From a virus (lineage: Duplodnaviria > Caudoviricetes), in IMG/VR virus record IMGVR_UViG_2513237143_000002, positions 2,755-66,754 of that record: a stretch of DNA of 64,000 nucleotides. One strand, written 5' to 3'. This document shows, piece after piece, positions 51,015 through 60,506 of the stretch (its first letter is position 1; every line of letters begins with the position of its first letter). A model generated the notes under the pieces. It saw only the letters and a program-made list of their open reading frames with translations. It was not told the origin of the DNA and did not search any database. The translations under genes and the position numbers were made by a program.

Positions 51015-51577
51015 GCTTCCCTCCCCGCATAAATCAGGACAGGCACGCGCGGCAGGCGCGGCGCCTCGGTCCAGATGTACCATGCGTGATCTTCGGTCCC
51101 GCTCTCATTGTTCAAGAGGAGGCTGATGCGATCGATAAGCACGATCTTCCCAGCAAAGCGGGGATTGTCTCGGAACAGGTGCGTGCGGGTACTGCCGGAA
51201 TCGAACTTGGCGGTAAGCAGAAGAGCAACGAGACCGGAGCATCTCTCGAGCGCCTTCTCAGCGAACTTGACCGCCGTCCGGTTCTGGACGCCGTAGGGCG
51301 GGTTGGTGATTATCCCGTCGCCGCCGAACGTGACCGGTAGATCGTCCAGAAAGTCCAACCATTGATCCTGCCGCCGCTCGTATGTCGCGATGTCGCTCGT
51401 GTGGACCGTCGCACCAGCCTCCTTCAAAACGTCGGCGATCAGATGGTTGCCGGCAGCTGGCTCCCAGATTTTCATACCGGCGACGGGGAAGTGACGGATC
51501 AGTGCCTCGGTTGCCCAAGGCTCTGTTTGGTACAGATCATTCTCGATACGCGCGTATTTTGAGGAGACTACCGTCAT
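51011..51577 (-). CDS. Amino (N6A/N4C) DNA methyltransferase
   Basis: YQTEPW, WEPAAG and ITNPPY motifs. Confidence 0.85.
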   Translation of the reverse strand: MTVVSSKYARIENDLYQTEPWATEALIRHFPVAGMKIWEPAAGNHLIADVLKEAGATVHTSDIATYERRQDQWLDFLDDLPVTFGGDGIITNPPYGVQNRTAVKFAEKALERCSGLVALLLTAKFDSGSTRTHLFRDNPRFAGKIVLIDRISLLLNNESGTEDHAWYIWTEAPRLPRVPVLIYAGREA

Positions 51578-51759
51578 GCTGCCGCCCCGTGCTTTTCGAG
51601 GGCAGCCAGAGACTTCTTGCACCGGTCACGCAGTCGAGTGATCACCGCGAGTTTCTGCAGCTTCACGCCGTTGTCGGAGCGGTTCATGCTTCCCTTGATG
51701 CGGAATATCTGAGCTTCGAGTTCGGCGATCTCTTCGCGGAGGAGTTCAGCTTCGGTCAT
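51574..51759 (-). CDS. Small coiled-coil protein
   Basis: MTEAELLREEIAELEAQI...; ATGA overlaps at both ends. Confidence 0.65.
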   Translation of the reverse strand: MTEAELLREEIAELEAQIFRIKGSMNRSDNGVKLQKLAVITRLRDRCKKSLAALEKHGAAA

Positions 51760-53678
51760 TCTGCCGCCTCCCGATACTCGATGAGGTGGCTGCAGTTCGC
51801 TGAGACCAGCGCACAGGCGACGGGCGGCGAGACGGAGTTGCCGACACAGGAGACCTGAACCGACTTCGAGAACTCGCGCCAAACAGGGCCGGCGCCGTCT
51901 GCTTGATAGTTCCAAGCACCATCAATGACGTAGTCGGACGGGAATCCCTGCGCATTGAATAGTTCACGCGGCGTCAGCATCCGCATCCCGATATCGATGA
52001 TTACGAAGGTCTCGCCCGAGATCTCAACTGTTACGAACTCGCGATCGTCCCAGAAGCCCTGCGCGCGCATGAAGTCAGCGACTTGGCGCGCGCGGTCGGC
52101 CTGCGCCTCTGTGAAGGGCGGGACGCCGATAGTCGCCTCGACATGGCCATGTCTGTCCTTCGTCGTGACGGTGCGCATCGGCTCCGTCTCGTGCTGTCCG
52201 TCCCCCGTGCCGTAGTAGGCCTGCAGATAGGGCATGACGAGCTGCGACTTGCCACCGCCGTCCGCCATGACGGTTGCGGATGGCCCCTCCAGACTGTGCC
52301 CCGTCGATGTTCCGAACTGGCGGGCGACAAAGGCCGAAACAATGCCCTGCTGGCTCCCGGACTGCGTTGCCGTCGACAAGGGCTCGTCGGCAGCGCGGCC
52401 CGGATTGACGCCGCCGATACGCCGGCTGTCGTTATTGTGCTGCGCCATGAAGGCGACAGCGACCCCGTTCTGGTCCTTGCGGCTGGCGGCAATGGTATGC
52501 GTCGGGTCTTCAATGGAGCGGACTTTGCCGCCGTGCTGGGCCGCGGTCAGCACCGGTGCAATGACGCCAAGGGGAGCAGCGCCACCAGGCCGCTTGATGA
52601 AACCATTCGCGGTCACTGTCGAAAGGGGCTCGCGGGCGTCCTGACCTGTCGCGCCCGTATTGAAGCGGATGCCAGAGGGCGCCACCACGGCGTGCTTGAT
52701 CCCTCCGGCGACGGCCGTGCCGAGAGGGTCGTCGACGCTCATGGCGCGCGGCGCCTGCCCTGCCCTCTCGCCATATCCCGTTTGAACGAGAAACGGCCGC
52801 TCGGCATCGAGAACGTAGCGCTTCATGCCGCGCGCCACGCGGGCCATCGTTGCATCGGCGAGCGGTCGCACCGCGCGTAGCTGGTGCTTCGCCCAGATCT
52901 CTACCTGCGTATCGAAGATCGAGGGGCAAGGCAGCGACCAGTCGATGCATTCAGCTGCGGTACGCCACGGCAGCTTCTTGCCGGAGATCACATCCGGGTC
53001 CTCAGGCTTACCGTGCGTTGGCTCAGGCCAGACAATCGGCTCGCCGTCGAACCGGATGATCACGAACAGCCGCTTGCGGATGGTCGGAGCGCCATAGTCG
53101 CAGGCGCGCAGCTCGCGAAACTCAATCTTACCGCCGAGCCGCCGCAGCTTCTTGCACCATTTCTCGAAGTTCTCGCCGCGGCGCTCAGGGTCCGGCATCA
53201 GCCCGCGACCGGTCGCGACCAGCGGACCGTAATCTTTGAACTCCTCGACGTTCTCCATGATGACGACATCGACGCGGCCGCCGCTCTTCTGGATGCGCTC
53301 GATCCAGCCGGGAATGATCCAGCAAAGATCGCGGATGTTGCGCTCCACGGGCTTGCCGCCCTTGGCCTTGGAGAAGTGCTTGCAGTCCGGCGAGAACCAG
53401 GCGAGGCCGATGTGCTTGCCCCTTAAATGGTCAAGCGGATCGACGCGATAGACGTTCTCGGAGAGGTGGTGCGTCTCTGGATGATTGGCCGCGTGCAGCG
53501 CCAGCGCATCAGGATTGTGGTTGATGGCGATGTCCGGCGAGCGGCCGAGGGCCATCTCGATGCCGGTCGAGGCTCCACCGCCGCCGGCGAAGCTATCGAC
53601 GATAAGGGGCGCACCGACATAGGCGGATGCCATCAAAGCATCGGCGCTGGTCTCGCGGAAAAGGTCAGTCCTGAACAT
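51756..53678 (-). CDS. DNA cytosine-5 methyltransferase with a large variable region
   Basis: DSFAGGGG (motif I), SPDC (IV), ENV (VI), RKRLF (VIII) and GNSV (X). Confidence 0.92.
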   Translation of the reverse strand: MFRTDLFRETSADALMASAYVGAPLIVDSFAGGGGASTGIEMALGRSPDIAINHNPDALALHAANHPETHHLSENVYRVDPLDHLRGKHIGLAWFSPDCKHFSKAKGGKPVERNIRDLCWIIPGWIERIQKSGGRVDVVIMENVEEFKDYGPLVATGRGLMPDPERRGENFEKWCKKLRRLGGKIEFRELRACDYGAPTIRKRLFVIIRFDGEPIVWPEPTHGKPEDPDVISGKKLPWRTAAECIDWSLPCPSIFDTQVEIWAKHQLRAVRPLADATMARVARGMKRYVLDAERPFLVQTGYGERAGQAPRAMSVDDPLGTAVAGGIKHAVVAPSGIRFNTGATGQDAREPLSTVTANGFIKRPGGAAPLGVIAPVLTAAQHGGKVRSIEDPTHTIAASRKDQNGVAVAFMAQHNNDSRRIGGVNPGRAADEPLSTATQSGSQQGIVSAFVARQFGTSTGHSLEGPSATVMADGGGKSQLVMPYLQAYYGTGDGQHETEPMRTVTTKDRHGHVEATIGVPPFTEAQADRARQVADFMRAQGFWDDREFVTVEISGETFVIIDIGMRMLTPRELFNAQGFPSDYVIDGAWNYQADGAGPVWREFSKSVQVSCVGNSVSPPVACALVSANCSHLIEYREAAE

Positions 53679-53704
53679 TGCGATCCCCCTCTTCTTCCCT
53701 CAGC

Positions 53705-54079
53705 TCAGGCGCGATTGCGAATGCCAAGCGCCGAGCGAACCGCAGCAACGATCGAGCGAACGAGATGCGCATCCTCGCCACCAAGGAGGGCTGTGGCCCT
53801 TGCGATTGCATCGTCATTCTTCCGCACCTCCTGCCGTGCCTGGTAGATAAGCCCGCTCACCGCTTCGACGCGGAACAGCTCTTCAGGCTTGATGGAAATT
53901 CGGGGATCGGCGTACCAAGCGTCTCTGGTGCGCGTGTAGGACCAGCCAAGAGAACGGGCTGCCGTTGCGATGCGTGTCTGGACGCTGCCGACAGACGGAG
54001 GCGCTATCTCCCTCCGCAGTGCGTGCTGACAAAATGCGATCGTGGACATTTCTGATTTCTCCGACGACTTCTCGGACAT
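53705..54079 (-). CDS. Hypothetical DNA-binding protein
   Basis: HTH-like AARSLGWSYTRTRDAWY; start uncertain. Confidence 0.6.
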   Translation of the reverse strand: MSEKSSEKSEMSTIAFCQHALRREIAPPSVGSVQTRIATAARSLGWSYTRTRDAWYADPRISIKPEELFRVEAVSGLIYQARQEVRKNDDAIARATALLGGEDAHLVRSIVAAVRSALGIRNRA

Positions 54080-54396
54080 TTCCGACAACTCCTGTGCGAC
54101 CTTCACCTCGTTGAAGGAGACGTTGATGCGCACAGGCATTACTTCCGATGGAGAGGACGGCGCCGCGCCAACGGCTGCCGGTCCCTCCCGAGTCTTTCCG
54201 TTTCGCAGGACCACCGCCGCAACGTCCGGTCCTGCCGCCGGTGACGAACCCTCGTCGTCACCGGCAATCCCCCTTGGTGAGCTTGTGAACGCCGTCGTGT
54301 TGAGGCTCTCGAACAAGCGCATCCGGTTGAAAGTCTTGCGGGCCTCCGGCTTGGGAGGAGGAGAAGACGGAGGCCCGCGTTAAGCGCCGCGGAGGA

Positions 54397-54525
54397 TCAG
54401 CGCTTAATTCTTTCCTTGAAGCCGTTGCGGCGGAATTCGCGCTCGACGAAGCCAGGAACGATCAAGGTCAGAGCTGCCATCCAGAGAACGACGGCGATGC
54501 AGGCGATGAGAACGGACATGTTCAT
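54397..54525 (-). CDS. Small membrane peptide (42 aa)
   Basis: Manual translation MNMSVLIACIAVVLWMAALTLIVPGFVEREFRRNGFKERIKR; GGAGG RBS. Confidence 0.55.
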   Translation of the reverse strand: MNMSVLIACIAVVLWMAALTLIVPGFVEREFRRNGFKERIKR

Positions 54526-54758
54526 GCCTCCTGTTTGACCGGCGTCGTGTGCTGCTCGCAGCTCTCACAAAACCGCTCGATCATTTCGCTGATGGAAAGG
54601 ACGCGTGCGCACCGATCGCAGACGTGGTGCGAAATCGCTTTGAATGGGCGGCGCTGAATTTGGCGTGCCGCCGCTACGGAGGACGATGACCTTGCCTCGA
54701 TCATGCGACTTCCTCCGCCTGCTCGCGCTTGCGCATGGCAACGGTGCAGGCATGACAA
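54522..54758 (-). CDS. Small Zn-finger protein
   Basis: CDRC...CESC; start uncertain. Confidence 0.55.
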   Translation of the reverse strand: MSCLHRCHAQARAGGGSRMIEARSSSSVAAARQIQRRPFKAISHHVCDRCARVLSISEMIERFCESCEQHTTPVKQEA

Positions 54759-55441
54759 TGCTTGTCGCTATAGCCTCCGCAGGCCTCCCCCGGATTGAGG
54801 CAGTGAGGCCGCAGGACGTATTTCGGCTTGGCGATGGAATTGGTTGCCGTCTCTCCGGCTGTCACGCTCTCCGCGGCGTTGGCGACGTTGGTTGCGGCGT
54901 TCCGTGCGCGCTCCGCGCTGCTCTCTACATCTTCGCCTCCTGCTTTGGCGCCGGCAGCTTCCGCCTCAGCGCTGGGGGATTCGGTCTCGCCCTGAGAGGC
55001 AGTGGCGATTTCCTGTTCTTCACGCTCGATCATGATGTCGACGGCGGCGATCAGAGCCGCGCGGCCGACTTCCGTCTGTACGCCGGCAGCAATCGTTTCG
55101 ACGAGCTTGGCGCTGACATCCGCCTCGATGATCTCGCCCGTGGTCGGGTCAAATTGTTCAATGTTTTCTCGTGCGCGGGCAGGCGCAGGCGCATGAGAGG
55201 ATTTGCCTTCGTAGGCGCACAGGTACAAATCGAAGATGGCGCCCTGCTCCGCGACGGTGTCATGGCCCTTCTTCGCGACCTTGCGCAGATGAGCGACGAC
55301 GTTGCCCATGGCGGTCTTGTCGAAGCCCATCGATTTTGCTTCCGCGTAGATGTCGCGGATGTCCTCGCCGATCGTGTCCTGCTCTTCCTTCAAGCGAAGA
55401 ATGCGGTCGATAAATGCTCTGATCTGGGCGTCGGAGGTCAT
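54701..55441 (-). CDS. DUF2312/GapR-like nucleoid-associated domain with a long acidic tail
   Basis: IRAFIDRILRLKEEQDTIGEDIRDIYAEAKSMGFD motif. Confidence 0.85.
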   Translation of the reverse strand: MTSDAQIRAFIDRILRLKEEQDTIGEDIRDIYAEAKSMGFDKTAMGNVVAHLRKVAKKGHDTVAEQGAIFDLYLCAYEGKSSHAPAPARARENIEQFDPTTGEIIEADVSAKLVETIAAGVQTEVGRAALIAAVDIMIEREEQEIATASQGETESPSAEAEAAGAKAGGEDVESSAERARNAATNVANAAESVTAGETATNSIAKPKYVLRPHCLNPGEACGGYSDKHCHACTVAMRKREQAEEVA

Positions 55442-55527
55442 CTTCCGCCCTCCGCCATACGGTTGAACTCGACGATCGCAGCCCGACGGGCGCGCCAATC
55501 AACTCTCCCAGCCACGTAGGAGGCCGC

Positions 55528-55776
55528 ATGCCCAGCGTCGGAAAGCTCGGAACCCCTGAGGAGCCTGTCTTCATCTTCGACGAAGGCGCACCGGCCCTTT
55601 ACGTCGACCTGATCACGGAACTCGAAGTCGACGAGAACGACATTGTCCGCATCTCGTTCGGCGCCATGTCCAAGAACGGCGACGGCCAGATCAAGGCCAT
55701 GATCGCGGTTCGGATCAGGATGCCGAAGAATATGGCCTGGCAGTTCTGCCGAGATCTGAGGGGCTTGGAAGAGTGA
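55528..55776 (+). CDS. Hypothetical protein (antisense)
   Basis: GGAGG RBS; compact alpha/beta-like sequence. Confidence 0.65.
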   Translation: MPSVGKLGTPEEPVFIFDEGAPALYVDLITELEVDENDIVRISFGAMSKNGDGQIKAMIAVRIRMPKNMAWQFCRDLRGLEE

Positions 55777-55781
55777 CGTCA

Positions 55782-56015
55782 TCATGCCGCCTGCTCCGGT
55801 ACAGCCAGGAACTCCGACAGATCGATCGCCTTGCCGACAGACTTGGCGGCATCGATGATCGGTATCCAGTATTCCTGGGGGATCTTCCCGCGGTCCTTCC
55901 AACCTTGGACGGTCGAAACCGGAACACGGCGATCATCCGTCGAAAGGAGCCGGGCTGTCTTCGTCAGGCCGCCAAGTTCGTTGATGATGTGCTCTGCTGG
56001 GGTTTTGGCTGTCAC
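55782..56015 (-). CDS. cro: Cro-like HTH repressor
   Basis: IINELGGLTKTARLL...VSTVQGWKDRGKIP; divergent from cI. Confidence 0.85.
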   Translation of the reverse strand: MTAKTPAEHIINELGGLTKTARLLSTDDRRVPVSTVQGWKDRGKIPQEYWIPIIDAAKSVGKAIDLSEFLAVPEQAA

Positions 56016-56037
56016 GTCGATTTCTCGCTGTTCGATT

Positions 56038-56099
56038 TACGCAGTTGTACGTTCTTTGCGTAAATCTGTCAACGTAGAAAACGTAAACGCATTTCACGT
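56038..56099. promoter_or_regulatory. OR operators (ACG-N7-CGT)
   Basis: ACGTTCTTTGCGT, ACGTAGAAAACGT and ACGCATTTCACGT between cro and cI. Confidence 0.75.
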
Positions 56100-56109
56100 A
56101 TGAAAGCGC

Positions 56110-56910
56110 ATGACAAAGCCAGTCGATTCTGTGACCGAGAAATTCCGCCAACTGCGCGAGCGCGCGGGCTTGTCGATGGACGAGCTGGCGAAGGGGATGG
56201 GCTACAAAGGCGCATCGAGCATTCAGCGCTACGAGAACCCCGACGAGTACAAGAAAGAATTCATCAGCCCCGACATCGCGGCGAAGCTTCTCAAGGTAGT
56301 GTCCGGCAAAGGCGTCCCGCCTATCGAAGCGAAAGAAGTTTGGGCTTTGACGCGGCCGGCAAACGGCTCCCTGGTGAGCACTTTCGATCCAGATTTAAGC
56401 GAGCATTCTGCGGAGTCTGACGGCGGGTTCACGCGGGAGCATTGGCGCCCGCATATCGATGGCGCCGTACCTGAAATTGATGTGAAGCTAGGCGCAGGCG
56501 AAGGCGCAATCGGCGAGGTGATCAACCTTCCCGTCGGCGACGCTAACATTTCCGGGCATCGCGTCGTCGCCGAATGGCTTATCCCGACGGACTATCTGCG
56601 AAGCGAAGCTAAAGCCTCGCCAACTCATACGCTGGTCATGGAAGTCGTTGGCGATTCGATGCATCCGACCTATGCGCCAGGCGACCGCGTCCTTGTCGAT
56701 CTATCCCAGAACCGCATGGTCTCGGACACCGTGTACGCGATCAGCGATGGCACGGCGGAGCCGCAGATAAAACGGTTGCAGAGGGTGCCGTTTTCAAGTC
56801 CCATCGAGGTCAAGATTATATCGGACAACCCCAACCTCGAAACCTTCACGGTCGAGCTCGATCGGCTGAAGATTATCGGCAGGATTTGCGGACACATCGC
56901 CCGCAAGTGA
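56110..56910 (+). CDS. cI: CI-like repressor (HTH + S24 peptidase)
   Basis: LRERAGLSMDELAKGMG...SIQRYE; VVGDSM.P..GD.VLVD and IKRL motifs. Confidence 0.93.
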   Translation: MTKPVDSVTEKFRQLRERAGLSMDELAKGMGYKGASSIQRYENPDEYKKEFISPDIAAKLLKVVSGKGVPPIEAKEVWALTRPANGSLVSTFDPDLSEHSAESDGGFTREHWRPHIDGAVPEIDVKLGAGEGAIGEVINLPVGDANISGHRVVAEWLIPTDYLRSEAKASPTHTLVMEVVGDSMHPTYAPGDRVLVDLSQNRMVSDTVYAISDGTAEPQIKRLQRVPFSSPIEVKIISDNPNLETFTVELDRLKIIGRICGHIARK

Positions 56911-56912
56911 GG

Positions 56913-57272
56913 CTATTTCCGCCTCCTGAGGAACCGCTCATCGCGCGTCCTAATGTCCGCCACGACTATCCCGACCACCAGCGCTTGGAATTGCTCCCGG
57001 CTGAGCCGGTGCGCGCCGCCACGCTTTTCCTGAGACAGTAGCAATCCCCCTTCCCCGTCGAAGGTGTTGCTGACGCGGAATAGGTCAAGGCTGCCGCCGA
57101 CATCGACGAGGTAGATGCCCTCGCCCTGATAAGCAGCGACTGGCGCCAGGAGCGCGTAGTCGCGCCCACCGCGGAGCGTTGGCTCCATCGCGTCTCCGTT
57201 CACCGCATGAACTCGAAATCTATCGGATAGTACCTCCTCCGGCGCCACCACCGGAAAGGACAAGTCGTGCAT
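56913..57272 (-). CDS. Stand-alone S24/S26 peptidase-like domain
   Basis: VNGDAMEPTL...D motif; no HTH. Confidence 0.6.
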   Translation of the reverse strand: MHDLSFPVVAPEEVLSDRFRVHAVNGDAMEPTLRGGRDYALLAPVAAYQGEGIYLVDVGGSLDLFRVSNTFDGEGGLLLSQEKRGGAHRLSREQFQALVVGIVVADIRTRDERFLRRRK

Positions 57273-57602
57273 TTCAACCCTCGTGAATTTCTACACCCCC
57301 AGCATCAGAGTGCATCGGACGTTAACCCGGCGGTTGCGCTTGGCGACACCGGTAATTGCGGGGCAAGGATTACGGGGAAACTTCTTGAAAGCGTCACACA
57401 AGAGCGGCGCAACGCCCGCTGGCGATCAGCCGTATGACAGTTTTGTGACAATCCACCGGCAATAACCCATACGATTCTGTGGTGCGGCTGCAGTTTTCTA
57501 TTCGGTGTTGCCTTTTGCCGTTTGGCCGAAATCTCGGCCCGCGCATCCAGATCCCCGGTTCACGTTTCGCATACTCCATTCATAACCCGTCATCGCACCC
57601 GT

Positions 57603-57669
57603 ACGCACTTCGCGCATAGAAATTTACGTGCTGTTCGTAAATCAGTGTTGCCATTTACGTTTTCTGCGT
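57603..57669. promoter_or_regulatory. OL operators (ACG-N7-CGT)
   Basis: ACGTGCTGTTCGT and ACGTTTTCTGCGT; 57654-57669 matches the reverse complement of 56072-56087 at 15/16 nt. Confidence 0.75.
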
Positions 57670-57712
57670 ATACGTTGTTTTCATCAACACGGATACTTCC
57701 GGAGATGAAGCG

Positions 57713-58027
57713 ATGAGCATCCACGGCACCTGCCAAAACATCAAAGACAACGCAGCCCGTCTGTCGCACGCCATGCGTTGCGACCCGTCGGACGCCGCGG
57801 CACAGACCGCGCTGAAGGAGTTCATGCAGCGCACCTATTCCGACCTGGCTTCGCTTGCTTGGCACCTGGGCGCCGACGGCGACGTCTTCCAGCGCGAGGC
57901 CGTACCTGCATCCGAACTCGTCGATGACGTCTATTTCGCGATCAACCGCGAGAAGGAATTCGAAGCGCCGGCCTACCGCCAGCCCTACTCCACGCTGAAC
58001 CACGCCCAGCAGGGGATTGCTCGATGA
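57713..58027 (+). CDS. Hypothetical protein, first gene of the early operon
   Basis: GGAG RBS; coupled to the next gene. Confidence 0.7.
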   Translation: MSIHGTCQNIKDNAARLSHAMRCDPSDAAAQTALKEFMQRTYSDLASLAWHLGADGDVFQREAVPASELVDDVYFAINREKEFEAPAYRQPYSTLNHAQQGIAR

Positions 58028-58350
58028 GCACGAAGTATCACACCAAAACCCCGCTGCTGATCTCGGTAGCGGGCCTCGATATCGAGCTTGATCTTCACGT
58101 TGAGTATTCGGTCAGCCGGTACCGCGCCGCAACGCTCACGCAGCCGGAAGAACCGCGATCGGTCGAGATCGAGGAAATCCGCTGGCTCATTGAGGATGCG
58201 GAGCTGCCGCTTCCCGATTGGATCGAGCGCGAAATCGCCGACAGCGAAGGCTTCAAGGCTCACCTTCTGCAGGAAGCGGCCGACAAGGACGCTGCAGCAG
58301 CAGAGGACGCCGCCGATGCGAAGCGCGAAGAGATGAGGTTCGCACAATGA
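58024..58350 (+). CDS. Hypothetical protein
   Basis: ATGA overlaps at both ends. Confidence 0.7.
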   Translation: MSTKYHTKTPLLISVAGLDIELDLHVEYSVSRYRAATLTQPEEPRSVEIEEIRWLIEDAELPLPDWIEREIADSEGFKAHLLQEAADKDAAAAEDAADAKREEMRFAQ

Positions 58351-58718
58351 GCGCGGTAGAAAAGATTAGCCTCGACGAGTTCCGCGCCCGGCTTGACGCG
58401 CAGGGTGTGTCGGCCCGCAAGCATCTCGCATTCAAGTGCCCGATGTGCTCGACAGTTCAATCCATGCAATCCCTCATCAACGCCGGCGCCGGCCCGGACG
58501 AGGGGAGCGTCGAGAAGTACATCGGCTTCTCTTGCGTCGGCCGCTTCAATGGCGCGGCGGCGCCACGGAAGAAGCCAGACGGCAAGCCGTGCAACTGGAC
58601 GCTCGGCGGTCTGCTCCGACTTCACAAGATGGAAATCCAGACCCCAGACGGAGAGAGGCACCCTCACTTCGAGGTCGCGTCGCCTGAGGAGGCAAAGGCG
58701 CTGGAGGCGGCACGATGA
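58347..58718 (+). CDS. VVA0879-like Zn-binding phage protein
   Basis: AFKCPMC, FSCVGRF and CNWTLGGL motifs. Confidence 0.75.
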   Translation: MSAVEKISLDEFRARLDAQGVSARKHLAFKCPMCSTVQSMQSLINAGAGPDEGSVEKYIGFSCVGRFNGAAAPRKKPDGKPCNWTLGGLLRLHKMEIQTPDGERHPHFEVASPEEAKALEAAR

Positions 58719-58951
58719 ACCGCCCCATCTCCTACGCCTGCGATCCCGCGCAGCGCTACTGCGAGTGCGGACGCTGCGACCTCCCGCCAGCGCGCAACAT
58801 CGATCTGGACGCGGTCGCCAATCTGAACCGCGCCACCACCGCAACCGCGACCTTCTTCATTCTCGTTGCTTTTGTCCTCGCCATTTACGCCGTCGGCGCT
58901 TGGAAGACGGAGCAGGTCCACCGTGAAATCGTCAAAGCCAGGAGCGTTTGA
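58715..58951 (+). CDS. Small Cys-rich membrane protein
   Basis: C-x5-CEC-xx-C plus one TM helix. Confidence 0.6.
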   Translation: MNRPISYACDPAQRYCECGRCDLPPARNIDLDAVANLNRATTATATFFILVAFVLAIYAVGAWKTEQVHREIVKARSV

Positions 58952-58952
58952 C

Positions 58953-59483
58953 ATGACCGCACCAGCAATCGAACACAGCATGCGTCGGCAGACCGAGGCG
59001 GCAAAGGCCCTCCTCGTCGATCTTCGCAACCAGGGCGCCGATGACGACGCCGAGCTCGTCGCCGACACCATCGAGGGCGAAACCAACCTCATGGAGGCGA
59101 TCGAGGAGGCTATCGCGGAACTCGACGAGTGTGATGTCCTCGTGACCGGTCTGAAGGCAAAGGAAGCCGAGTTCGAAGCGCGTCGGAAGGCAATCGAGAA
59201 GCGGGCCGAGCGCATTCGTGCCCTTGTTGAACAGGCGATGCTGGCGACCGACCAGACGTCGATGAAGCTGACGACAGCAACGATTGTTCTGACGAAGCGG
59301 GCGCCCGCCCTAATCGTCATCGACGATGCAGATATTCCGGCCAAGTACTGGATTGCGCAACCGGTCCCCGCCCCGAAGCTCGACAAGAAAGCTCTCACCG
59401 CCGACCTGCGCGAAGCGAAGGCCGCCATTCCCGGCGCCACGCTCGATAACGGCTCGTTCTCTCTCACGGTCCGGAGGAAGTGA
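58953..59483 (+). CDS. Siphovirus Gp157-like protein
   Basis: DTIEGET, coiled coil and KLDKKAL..DL...IPGATL motifs. Confidence 0.82.
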   Translation: MTAPAIEHSMRRQTEAAKALLVDLRNQGADDDAELVADTIEGETNLMEAIEEAIAELDECDVLVTGLKAKEAEFEARRKAIEKRAERIRALVEQAMLATDQTSMKLTTATIVLTKRAPALIVIDDADIPAKYWIAQPVPAPKLDKKALTADLREAKAAIPGATLDNGSFSLTVRRK

Positions 59484-60505
59484 CCATGAACGCGATCACC
59501 CGCTATGACATGACGCCCAAGCAGATTGCGCTCGTGAAGGCCACGGTCGCAAAGGACTGCAACGATGAAGAGTTCAACCTCTTCTGCGAAGTCGCACGTG
59601 CGAAAGGGCTCGACCCCTTCCTCGGGCAGATCATTCCGATGGTCTTTTCCAAGGGCGATGCTGAAAAGCGGAAGATGACGATCATCATCACCCGCGACGG
59701 CCAGCGCGTCATTGCGCAGCGCTGCGGCGACTACCGGCCGGCGAGCAAGCCGACACAGTTCGAAACCGACAAGGCCCTGGTGTCGCCGACGAACCCGCTC
59801 GGTATCGTCTCCGCGACCGTATATCTGTGGAAGCGAGATCCGAAGTCGGGCGAATGGTTCGAAGTCGTCGGACAGGCCTATTGGGACGAGTTCGCGCCGA
59901 TCAAGCGCAAAGCCGCGGGCGGATACAAGTGGGAGGATACCGGCGAGGTCTGGCCGGACAGCGGCAAGCCGAAGAAGAGGAAGGTTCCCGTCGGCGAAGA
60001 AACCGAAGTGCTTGACGACTCGGGTAACTGGTGCCGGATGCCCCGACTCATGATCGAGAAGTGCGCGCAGATGCAGGCGCTTCGCGCAGGGTGGCCGGAA
60101 CAGTATTCCGGCACTTATGACGAAGCCGAAATTGACCGCGCTAAGGTCCTCGACCTGACCGCCTCAGAAGTCGTCGAGAAGGAGCGCGAGGATCATCGCA
60201 TGCGCATCATCGGCGCCGACAACTCCATCACCGTGACATGGGGCGACAACTGGACGCTCGAAAACGTGCCGGTCGGCAAGTTCGCCGACGAGGTCATGCG
60301 CTTCATCAACGAGTCGACGCCGGAGACCGTCGCGAAGTGGCGGGACGCGAACCGCGAGCCGCTGAAACGCTTCTGGGCTCTGCAGCCGGGCGACGCGCTG
60401 GCACTCAAGAAGGAGATCGAGGCGGCAATCGCTCGCAAGCCGAGCCGTCCGGCGATGGGCCCTTCCGACGCCGAACTCCGCAATCATCCGATGATGGCGG
60501 GCTGA
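59480..60505 (+). CDS. bet: Bet/RecT-family single-strand annealing recombinase
   Basis: FCEVARAKGLDPF, ITRDGQR and W.RMPRLMIEKCAQMQALRAGWP motifs. Confidence 0.88.
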   Translation: MTMNAITRYDMTPKQIALVKATVAKDCNDEEFNLFCEVARAKGLDPFLGQIIPMVFSKGDAEKRKMTIIITRDGQRVIAQRCGDYRPASKPTQFETDKALVSPTNPLGIVSATVYLWKRDPKSGEWFEVVGQAYWDEFAPIKRKAAGGYKWEDTGEVWPDSGKPKKRKVPVGEETEVLDDSGNWCRMPRLMIEKCAQMQALRAGWPEQYSGTYDEAEIDRAKVLDLTASEVVEKEREDHRMRIIGADNSITVTWGDNWTLENVPVGKFADEVMRFINESTPETVAKWRDANREPLKRFWALQPGDALALKKEIEAAIARKPSRPAMGPSDAELRNHPMMAG

Positions 60506-60506
60506 C

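Noticed and set aside
53705-54322. Full 205-aa ORF-track call
   Set aside because: The N-terminal 80 codons are low-complexity and lack an RBS; a start near 54079 or 54049 is more plausible.
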